Source: Macrostomum lignano (lineage: Eukaryota). Taken from it: a DNA stretch of 56,739 bases. Below are positions 38,201 through 49,900 of the stretch, piece after piece. Location of the stretch: assembly GCA_002269645.1 (NCBI GenBank), contig NIVC01003702.1:1-56739 (forward strand). Direction: 5' to 3'. A program made the position numbers and the translations under genes. Within the stretch, counting starts at the first letter, position 1, and each line of letters starts with the position of its first letter. The notes under the pieces are model-generated. The model was not told where the DNA came from. It ran no database searches and was given only the letters and a program-made list of their open reading frames with translations.

Positions 38201-40899
38201 CTAACTTGTGAAATAATGCCGTAAAAAATCTGACCGATGCAAACAGCATTCTGTTTACTTTAAAAACACGGCAAAGTTATTGAAATTAATTTTAATACAT
38301 ACATCAATCACAATTGTATCAATAACCATTGTCTTCACAGAAAGTCGCGTACAAGCTGTATTTTACGAGTGTATAAAAGTAGTTGCGCAAAGCATTTCCA
38401 AAGACCACTGAAAATTACCATGACATTCTAATCTATCGTATTTTGTGCTATCCTACGAGCAAACTTCCAACCAAGGACATACCAGCCTTATTTGGATATT
38501 TGAAGCCCTGAAGTTGATGTTTCTGACTGTATTTTTATTGCTAGAGTTTTGAAAACTTTATATTTGTCCAAAGTACGCAAATTGTTACATCCTGATAAAA
38601 TGGAAACTTCTAGTGGTCCATAAGCATGTCTTATCAAGCATCGATTTTAAAATTGCACACAGAAATACAACGAGAAGCTTCATCATTCATGCGTGAGTAA
38701 AAAAGTTTTTAACACAAAAACAGCAGTAAAAATAAATGAGGTACATGTAAATTTCGGCACCAACCTCTCACTATCTTTTCTGCAACTGAAAGTTGACAAC
38801 AAAAGTTTAATCGTTGAATACAAAAGAGAAGTGTTAGCTGTTACGATACTTGAACAATTTTTTAAGTTGATTACGTAGAATTATAAATCAACGTTACCTT
38901 GATAGGGTAGAATCTTCTCAGTCTGACCGCTAGACAGGCCACCGCCTGCTTCATCCTTCTTCGACTCTGCCGACTGCTTTCTGCCCTCGACGTCGCCTAC
39001 GCTGGCAGCGTCGTCCTCGCCTTCAACAGGTGTCGCCGAGCCGGCGTTCTCTGAAGACACTGCCGAGCCTTCGCGTGGAATCTGGCGTAGGGAGTTTTTT
39101 TCAAGGGTTGAATCGTACGATGTACACCCTGTGTGAGCCGGTGTGTGAGTGCGTGCCTGCGTACAGTATTGGCGTGCTTGTGTGTGCATGCTCTGAAGTC
39201 AGCGGAATGCACAGAATTGTCACAACACTGGCTATGGAACGACTTCGCCGAAGGCTCCTGCGAATATCTGCGTTTGTCTTAAAAAACAAAAAAAACTTTT
39301 TGTGCCTTTTAACAAAACCCATAGCACGAAAATGGTCCATATCAGTCTGTAACAGTTGTGCTATCTGACGCGAAAGGTGATGCGAACATAAATGTTACTG
39401 TACCATGACATTTGTGCCCGCTGGGCACTTATTCTTGCCTTTTAATGCCATACACTACATTTAAGCCCGCTTGCAGGAGTCACACTTACTTTAATGCAAA
39501 TTAGCGGGCAGTTAATGACATTCAACGCCCGATTGTCTATTTCAAACTTACTCTAATGCAAATTAGCGGGCAGTTTATGACATTTAACGCCCGATTGTCT
39601 ATTTCAAACTTACTCTAATGCAAATTAGCGGGCAGTTAATAACATTAACTGCCCGCTAATTTTGTCCCACTTTGTCAAGGACACAAATTTCTATGGCACA
39701 ATGTAACGATATATACCGATTTTTTTCGGCAGCAATTGCGTAAGCTGAAGCCGCGTAGCAATCCTTGATACCAAGTAGAGCAATTGCTGCCGAAAAAAAT
39801 CGGTACATGTCATTATTGTACCCTTTTGACTTCCCTTGTCTATGGCCCAGACATAGTGCGGATGCTGAGTATGAAATGCGATTGTTGCCGGAATGCGCTT
39901 TGAAAGGGTTGTAGAGATAATCAATCGTCTATGGCAAATTTAGTTGCTCTCTAAATGAAAGGGTTGTAGAGATAATTAATCGTTTATGGCAAATTTAAAG
40001 GACAGTGAAGACAGCTAGCCTGGCTGCCATGAGTTAATTCTCAAGTTGATTTTGAGCTTGAATTAATTCTCCTATTCGGAGTGCAAATAGGAAAAGTAGC
40101 TATGATTCGCTACGCAAACATTCCTGGCGGAGAAATATGTGGACTCTCCACGGACGAGTTGGCTTTTGTCACCCGAGAGTCGAGCACGCGCTACGTTCTG
40201 GAGATGGACAACCTGGATGCGTCGTCCAGTTCCAACGGGCTGCCTGAGCTAGGTAGCGAAGATCTGGAAAAGAGGCGAGCTGATGAAAGCACCCGAGGGC
40301 GGCCAAGACCTGCCGAGAAGCCTCTGTGGTGGTCAGTTCCACAACTGCACATTCAACTTTTACGGAAAGTAAAACAATTGATTCGATCGGTTTGTTCTTA
40401 AGAACTTTTTGTGACTATGAAACACTTTCGCCGTGTTGCTATTGTTGTTCCTTGTTTTGATAGCCAAATACATTCGTCTGAAATCCGGCAACAATCGAAA
40501 AAAGCCGACAAACAATTAAATTGTTACCGCAAGTATGAATGCCGGAAACCATAGACAAAAGGGAACAATGATAGTAATACCCATGCTTTGCGGGCGTTAA
40601 TGAGAAATCCTCGGCGCCCTCTGATTTTCCCATTGTTTAGCAATTTGACGATCATTATTTACATTTTTAGTGCAGAACAATCCATTACTACAAACAATGC
40701 ATTGTCTGTAGGATCGTCAAACAGAAAAACAATGCAAATAATCGTTGTCACGCACTGGGACCGCTGATTATTTATCCATTAACGCCCTTAAAGCATGGGT
40801 ATTAATGTACTATTATTGCATTACTAAATGCGGCACTTTGTAAGCCAAACAGATATATGTGAGGTTATTATTCTTACTTTTGGTGTTTCAGGTGACTGT

Positions 40900-40934
<35 letters not shown>

Positions 40935-43900
40935 TTGCTGTTGCTGCTGTTGTTGCTGATTTTCTGCTTTTGTAAACTTTCTAACAATATTAGCAACCAG
41001 ACCGTCTGTCCATTCAAACGTGTTTGGATCTGTGCAGCCAAACAGTTCGCCAAGTTGTACGCACTTCGGATTCAGAATCACGTGCTCAACGTGAGCTTTG
41101 CGCGGCTTCTGCGGGTTTTGTTCAGCGAAAAATTCTAATCATTTACATCCCTTTGCTACACACATTACAAAACTAAATTAGTTAATCTATAAATCCTACT
41201 GAGACGTAAGTAGTAAAGAATGACTCGCAGTCTCTGCACTGCAACTACTAACAGTAAAGTGTAGGCGGTTTCAGCGTTTTTAAAGCATAAAAAAGCAACT
41301 GAAGTCTAAGGAAAGCATTCCATTTCCTTATTTAGCTACTGGATTTCAAATAAAGTGTGAGGGGGTAAATAAAAGGCATGAAGTTACCGCGAGTGGATAA
41401 TTTTTTTGTATTAAAATAACCAATCATCTAAATAAAGTAAGCTGAATAAAAATGAATTCCGAATAAAACAAAATACAAGGACTCAATCTAGGCAAAAATC
41501 TCGGATACCGTTTCTTCGGTCCTGTTTCCTTCTGCTTCCTTTTTGCGCTCCTTCTGCTTTGCCGACAATCTCTTTGATCTTGCCGACTGTCGAGTTCATT
41601 GGTTGATTTGCGGTTTATCGAAGAAAAATATTGATTTTCTTTTGGAAACCATTAGATTCAAACTTAAAGGTCAAATTAGAAGTCAGCAGATCCCCAATTA
41701 CGAGCTAGAAGTCAGCAGATCTCCAACTAGAAGTCAGCAGATCTCCAATTAGAAGTCAACAGATCACCAATTAGAAGTCAGCAGATCCCCAAATTAGAAG
41801 TCAGCAGATCCCCAATTAGAAGTCAGCAGATCCCCAAATTAGAAGTCAGCAGATCCCCAAATTAGAAGTCAGCAGATCCCCAATTAGAAGTCAGCAGATC
41901 ACCAATTAGAAGTCAGCAGATCCCCAATTAGAAGTCAGCAGATCCCCAATTAGAAGTCAACAGATCCCCAATTAAAAGTCAGCAGATCCCCAATTAGAAG
42001 TCAGCAGATCCCCAAATTAGAAGTCAGCAGATCCCCAATTAGAAGTCAGCAGATCCCCAATTAGAAGTCAGCAGATCCCCAATTAGAAGTCAGCAGATCC
42101 CCAATTAGAAGTCAATAGCTCCCAGATCGCAAGTCGCAAATGCCCCAAATCAAAACCAAGTTACCAGACGTTCATCGCACCCAGAAGAGCTTACCTGCAC
42201 CGGAGTCTGGCTGGCTCTCCCAGCCGCTTCAGCAGCAGCGGCGGAGGCCGCAGCCTCAGCCCTAGAAACCACACTTGGCAACAGGCCAGAGCTTTGAACA
42301 GAATCAACCGTGTAGCTGTTTTGCCGCCGCAAGTTGGGCCAACAAGCATGACTCCGTGACGGACTAGCAGCTGCTTGTACAGCTGGTGCACTTTGGCCAC
42401 CTGGGACTCCCAGACCTGCAGGCCCAGCTCGTGGCAGCTCTGACGGATGGCCATCTGACAACAGGTTTTTTAGCGTGAAAATTAGCAATTGGACTGGCAA
42501 TCAGCGCCCTCTCATGGGGAGCCAACAAAGAATAGCTTCTGACCTGAGCCTTGATATCTCAGCAATTCCCTCAGTAAGCCTTGACATCTTAGCAATTCTC
42601 CAAATAAGCCTTGACATCTCAGCAATTCTCCAAGTAAGCCTTGAAATCTCAGCAATTCCCTAAGTAAGCCTTGAAATCTCAGCAATTCCCCAAGTAAGCC
42701 TTGACATCTCAGCAATTCCCCAGTAAGCCTTGACATCTCAGCAATTCCCTCAGTAAGCCTTGACATCTCAGCAATTCCCCCAGTAAGCCTTGACATCTCA
42801 GCAATTCCCCCAGTAAGCCTTGACATCTCAGCAATTCCCTCAGTAAGCCTTGACATCTCAGCAATTCCCCCAGTAAGCCTTGACATCTCAGCAATTCCAT
42901 CAGTAAGCCTTGACATCTCAGCAATTCCCCCAGTAAGCCTTGACATCTCAGCAATTCCCCCAGTAAGCCTTGACATCTCAGCAATTCCATCAGGAAGCCT
43001 TGACGTCTCAGAAATTTCCCTCTAAGCCTTGACATCAAGATAAAAATGTAATGAACAGATTCGTAGAGACATTATTAGAGAAAAGAAGCAGGTGAGTAGA
43101 GAAATAGGTAGACTAAAAGTATAGAGGGGAGAGAAAAGAAATGCCTTCTGCCTAATCAGTTTTAATAATGATAGGAGTTAGATTCTTAATCATTAAAATG
43201 TTTTTAAAAAAATCCTATATATAGAACATTATTATAGACACAATGCCATACAACCTAATTTACTTATCTTCACAATGAGAGTAGCTAGTGAAGAATGTAA
43301 TTCATGTGCAAGAAATTCTCTCGAAATGCGTTATTGAAGCATTCTGTGCATACTCTGTGATAAGTAGACTGAGAGAAGGAATGTTTGTTTAAATTGAAAC
43401 TGAAGAACACGAAAGAAAAAAATTGAATTCAAACGATCAAACAGGCCTTACGTCAAGATGTTCGCTCAGCTTATCCGGTGCAGAAAAATTCGGAAACAGA
43501 TCCGACATGATCGCTTCGAATAGTGGTACATCTTCGGCTACGAAGCGGGGCAGATTTGAGTCTCTGAGCGCCTGAATAAGTATATAGGCTTCTTGATCCT
43601 CGGTGAGCACACTGTGTCTACCTCTGCCTCCGCTTGCTTTGAGATCTGGCACTTCAATTAATCTGAAAGTGGAAAGATTTCAAGTAAAATATACTTTATA
43701 GATATTTGAATACTTCTGTGGCATAACGACTTTCGTGGCACTGCCATCGTGATAAGCATTTGATTTTACCAGTGAAATTTTAATTGCGTCTTTAAATAAG
43801 CAAGCAAATTTAATAAACTGTGATTGTTGCTATAGTACACTTTGAAAGCAAGATACATCTATCCGACTGTTTACTAAAAATGGTTCGCTGATTTCACAGA

Positions 43901-46900
43901 CAACACAGGAATTTAAAATTTTACTACAATAACTTGCGCTATCCAGAAAAAATCAACATGCACTACTAATAGTAATCAGTCAAATTTTATACTCGTAGTA
44001 CGTGAGAGGGCTACACAAAATTAGAACTTTAGAACCTATATAATTCCAGAGTTTAAAAGATCAAAATATTTGCTGAGGTTGATTGCAGATTAATTGCACA
44101 ACTTCGTAGACTTCCATGAGCGAAAATACCGAACGAATAATTTTGTCTCATCTGATATCTTAGAAGTTGTTATAACGAAATCAAATTAACACGATTAATA
44201 TCCATGTAGACAAATACATTTAGAGTTAAATTCGTAGCATTTTTGTGCATTTTTAAGGTTTAAAAACATTTTTCAACGATCATTATTATTCTTATTCTCA
44301 TTAAGTTAAAAACCTGTTCAGCAAAAAATGACATTTTTACTTTATAGTCATCGGAAGCCAATATATGCAATGTAATGATTTAATCAGCAAAGCTTAATCT
44401 GAACTGAAAAGCTTATAAACACTGTCAAAGTGTTTCTATTTTAATTTAAAGAAGCTTTTTGAAAAAAAATGGGATCGATGTTCACTAAAAATAGAGAATA
44501 CACAATAGAAAAAATATTTTTGTCTGTCTATGCAGCTGTCTGTCTCACCTGTACTGCGGCGATGCAAAGCTGAAAAAACATTCAGTGCATTAAAACAAAG
44601 TACATCGGATTTTCCACAACTTTTGTTTAAATTATAAACTGTTTAGATAGTTAAGCTAATCAAACTTCTGAACTTTTATTTTGCTTTGTCAGTCGAAAGG
44701 ATAAATTTTTATTTATTCGGATTTTACTTTTAGCAGTCATTATATAAAAGTTGAGTTAAATTATAGAAAGATTTTTGTGCAAATATTGAAACAGCAGCGC
44801 GTTTTGTGATTCGAAAATTCATGACGTGATTTGATTTGTGATCGAAATTTTGCTCGAAAAAACGTCGCATGCTACTACTCACGTTAAGTAGCACAAACTA
44901 GTAGGCAAATCGGGATGGTATTTTATCGCTTTTATCGACACGACGAATACTGGAAATAAAGCCAATTAAGGTTACATGAGAAATTAATAGTGTGTTAGCT
45001 AACTCTTTTACCAGGGAAATTTAGGAGAGAATGCAAACATACAATTTAATGAACTCCACACCCAATGCAACCAATTTTTTTTTTATTGTGGAATCCTAAA
45101 ATAGAAGGTGCATAATGTGTAGATATTTTTACAGGAAATTTGAGGTGCACTATTTAGAACTATTTGATATGAAAGAATGTCAAAAAACTACTTAGATAAT
45201 GGTGTTAGGTACAGGTGATACTGTACAATATAAAACTGGGTGCGACATCAAAGAAAAGTGTGCATGCATTACGACCGATAGTTACGTACAATGGTGAACA
45301 AATTAAAAATCTCATTCCTTCGTAAATTCTTTTAAACCATTGAGTACCCTTTTTTATTAAAGGCAGGGGGGTTTTGTGCACCCTGGTGCACTTTAAGCGA
45401 CATAGGCACACAACCGGCGAGAGGCATTACTGCCCATTCCGCCGACTCCCCTGAGCAGGCACACAAGCGCGCGGATGCGTACGCAGGCACACACTCACAC
45501 AGGAGTGTACAGCGGCCCTAACTTTATTTATCGTTAGGCATGTACACTTCACTGTGCCTTGGAGGGGGGGGTGGCTCTCAAGGCCGTTAATTGCACGAGC
45601 GGAGCCAAGCCGAGATTCCAATTCAGCCCCAAATTAATGTGACTGCACTTGGAATCGAGCCTGGGTCGCTGGCACACCAGAGCCTGCGCTACCGCTGGGC
45701 TACGGCCCCACATTGAGTACCCTTAGAGGGCTGCTCTTCAGCTAAAGGAAATCAGAAAAGAGTAATTGAATAAAAGGTAAAGGGTAATAACGCTTGGATT
45801 AAATCTGCAGTCTTACACAGACAGTGGATGGTCGCTTATGCTGAAAGTAAACGATACGCTCGTAGTGAGACGAGAATTCAAGGAAATTTGTTATAATTTT
45901 AGATAAATTATAACAAAATTATAAATTATTTCATTTGTTCGAAAGCGGATGTTTTCCAGCACCGAATTGAAGCCGCCAGAAAAAAATGATATTTTGAGCT
46001 TAGAACTGACTCAAGCTTAAAGATTTCGTTAATGCATTGGTAACATGAATAAAATACGAGCGTATATTAAAATTTCAACGCCTTCGTTGAAATTCGTGGA
46101 GTCATCGTCCCACCACTCCAGGGACCAATTTCATGAAGCACTGCTAGCTGCTATTTAGCAGCTGCTAGGCAGCTTTTGGTTTCTTGAGTCTAGCAGTCGA
46201 ACTCTAATTTTTAATAGTCTGCTAACTTTCGGCTTCACGAACTTAGCAGTCGGATGAGAGGTTTCTGAGCGATGTCTATGGTCGAAAGTCTTGGTTTTTA
46301 GCAGCTTGCTAGATCGCGGTTTCGTGAGCGTAGCAGTTCAGCTAAAATGATAAAACTTTTACTGGGGCCTATTTCATAAATCACTTGTCGGACAAATAAC
46401 AAGTGACAAGTGACAATTACGCAAAATAATGCGTTTCATAAAACAGCTACCGCTTGACAAATCGACAAGTTACAAGTGACAAGTGACAAGCAAAATTTGA
46501 CAAATTACAAGCGCTTCTTCAGGGTTTCGTCCATAGACATGCACTAAGCTGGATGCTTCTGTGTGAAAATACTTCCTCTTGTCTTGTGTTTTTGACAAGT
46601 CGCTGTGACACTTGTAGCTTTCAGACAACATCCAGCACCAAAGCGTTTATTTGTTTATTGTGTAGTTCTGTTTTCAGTTTTGTCAACGATAAGTAAGCGA
46701 ATTTTGTTTCAAGACAGGATATCTAACGTTATATGATTAGAATGATCAAATTGATGCCCTCAGGATTAAAATTGAACTCCGCTATGCCAGCGAGTGTCGA
46801 CCATAGACAGAAAATTTTCAGTCTCGCAAGCCTGATTTCCGTATCTATGATTAAATTGAAAGCTTGCAGTACCAACTAGGCCGCAAAAAGGAGTATAGCT

Positions 46901-49900
46901 TTTTTGCAGCTTATTTGGGCTTACGCGCATTAAATTCAATCCAAGATAGGTTTGCCAATGTAACGGAGCTTTTGGGCCGTATGCAGAAAGCTTAGTCCAG
47001 ACTAGCTAGTCCGGACTTGGGTAGTTCAGTCTATGGTCTATGGTCTAGCTACCCTAGTTCTGTCTATAGTAGACCGGTCTAACTTTGCGTTTCTGCATAC
47101 CAAATCCAAGTCCAGACTAGCTTTTCAAGACCGGACTACCCTAGACAGAGCTTTCTGCATACGGCCCTTTGTCTATGGTAGCAAGGCTGGCGCAGCGGCA
47201 TCCGATCCAGTCCAACAAGCATCAATTTGGTCCAAACGCTTGTGAGCCAATGGCAAACTCTTGCCTTCTCGCAACCGCCTAAGGGTTGTTGCGCACCGCT
47301 GGAATGTCAGCGTCTGTACCAGCAATTTCAGTCGCTTTTCCAGAGCTCTGCTGATAGTCCAAATCTGATAACCAACTGGAACTGTTCCTTCAACTGCTGC
47401 TGCATTTTCTGCAACGTCAAAAAGGATTCGGCTCAGTTGCATTAAGTAGCAGTTAGACCTGAGTCTCTAGCAACTTGCCTTGGCGATTGCCACCTTTCAC
47501 AGGCGACCTATGCCAGAAGTGGTTTCAACACGCTGATGGATGCTGTAAATCATCTTTCTTCTATATTCAGCAACCTTGCAATGTCCTTTGGGTGTTCACC
47601 TCTGTTGAGTGCTTTGATCACAAGCCAGTGGCATTCGTTCGAAAACCTAGCATGGTCCACAACTCTGGGGCTGATCTTGCTCCTCCGCAACAGTTGCAAA
47701 TAAAGCTATGGACCAAATTGATGCTTGTTGGACTAAATTAAGTGCCGCTGCGCCAGCCTTGCTACCATAGACAAAAGCTCCGTTACATTGGCAAACCTAT
47801 CTTGGATTAAATTAAATGCGCGTAAGCCCAAATGGGCTGCAAAAAGCTATATTAAAGCTGTGTATTAAAGTCCAAGAAGAACGCAGAGGCCGTCTTTAAA
47901 GCAAGTCTGTCTAAAACACAGATCCTAAAATTGTGCTCTGTGGTCTAAAGGCTGGGTTGATTTCATATGGTGTCTCAACCATAGACATAAAATTGAGTTA
48001 TTTTTAACACGAGTAAGGACCCCCATGTTTATAAAACCAAAATCGTTGACGCTTGACACTTGTCACTTGTCATTTGTCGACTTGTCACTTGTCACTTGTA
48101 GCTTTTTTATGAAATCGGCCCCTGCTAAAGTTTAGCATCCTCGAGAGGCGGCTAAGAATGGAGATTCAACTACTAGTATTCGACGCGTTTCAATTAGCCT
48201 CAATTAGCTAAATTGGTCCCACCGCTAAGGAAATTCTCGAGGAACCGAACCAGCTAGGGGTCGTGTGGCACGAAAAAGTCGGACACGCTGACTGCAAAGC
48301 TGCTTGCCCTAACTGTTAAAAACTATTCGTGAATTCAATTACGTAGATCCGTAGTAATTTTCAACAGGTTAAATTTGAAACAGCACTCACCCCTGCTGCG
48401 CTTTCATCCGCATCTGGCCGGCCATGACCAGGACGTACTTGATCGCTCGCATACCGAAATCGTAGTGATCCTGCTGCGACAGCTGCTTAGAGGTCAGCTC
48501 GTACAGATTGACAATCTTTCTAGACAGGATCTTCGCGGACCGGAATCCGCCAGAGAACAGCAGAATCTCGGCAATGAGAGCATAGTGCGGCACCATCATT
48601 GCGACTGGACGGAACAGAGATTTCAAATTGTCCGGCAGCTCCACCCGGCCAGCGTAAGTCGGATTCATCGTGATGAAGATGCCGCACGACGAGTCCAGCT
48701 TCACTTCGCGACCTTCGAATACGAATCGTTGAGCCAATTGATCTTTGGCAGCTTTGATTGTTTGCACCTGCGAGGCAACAACGCTGAGCACTTCAATGTC
48801 GATTCGATTGAACTCATCAAAGCAGGCCCAGCTTCCAGCCTGAGCCAGTCCGCTGAACAGTTTGCCCAGCATCTTGTAGTCCAGGCCTTCCGAGCAGTTG
48901 AACACAACGCAGTGCTTGCCCACTGACTTGGCGAGGTCTTTCACCGTCTCCGTCTTGCCAGTGCCAGCCGGGCCAGCCGGGCAGCCGCCCAGGTGGAGGC
49001 TCATAGCGCCTGTCAGGGTCAGGTAGCACCGGTCTGTCAGGGGCGTCAGCACCAGGCGAGGCGCGCAGCCAAGATACTCGTAGCCGTATTGGATTACTGC
49101 GTCCACCTGCAGGGCCTGGCACTGGTTGCTGACATCGTCCCATTGGTAGCGAAGCTGTCTGCAGAATGGAATGGGGATAAGTCTCTGGGTGTAGCTGGGA
49201 TTTTTTCGGGGGGGGGGCGCCAGCACCAAATGCATCAAGGGGCTTTAGCACCAAGGGGCTTTAGCACCAAGGGGCTTTAGCACCAACGGGCTTTAGCACC
49301 AAGGGGCTTTAGCACCAAGAGGCTTTAGCACCAAGGGGCTTTAGCACCCACCAAGGGGCTTTAGCACCAAGGGGCTTTAGCACCAAGGGGCTTTAGCACC
49401 AAGGGGCTTTAGCACCAAGGGGCTTTAGCACCAAGGGGCTTTAGCACCAAGGGGCTTTAGCACCAAGAGGCTTTAGCACCAAGGGGCTTTAGCACCAAGA
49501 GGCTTTAGCACCAAGGGGCTTTAGCACCCACCAAGGGGCTTTAGCACCAAGGGGCTTTAGCACCAAGGGGCTTTAGCACCAAGGGGCTTTAGCACCAAGG
49601 GGCTTTAGCACCAAGGGGCTTTAGCACCAAGGGGCGCCAGCACCAAGGGGCGCCAGCACCAAGAGGCGCCAGCACCAAGGGGCGCCAGCACCAAGGGGCG
49701 CCAGCACCAAGGGGCGCCAGCACCAAGGGGCGCCAGCACCAAGGGGCGCCAGCACCAAGGGGCGCCAGCACCAAGGGGCGCCAGCACCAAGGGGCGCCAG
49801 CACCAAGGGGCGCCAGCACCAAGGGGCGCCAGCACCAAGGGGCGCCAGCACCAAGGGGCGCCAGCACCAAGGGGCGCCAGCACCAAGGGCCAGCAAACTT

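Larger units (their letters stand above)
46365..48121. mobile_element. PIF/Harbinger-like non-autonomous element
   Basis: TIR GGGCC(T/G)ATTTCATAAA at both ends; subterminal ACAAGTG repeats in inverted orientation; 3-bp TSD CTG (46362-46364, 48122-48124). Confidence 0.8.
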
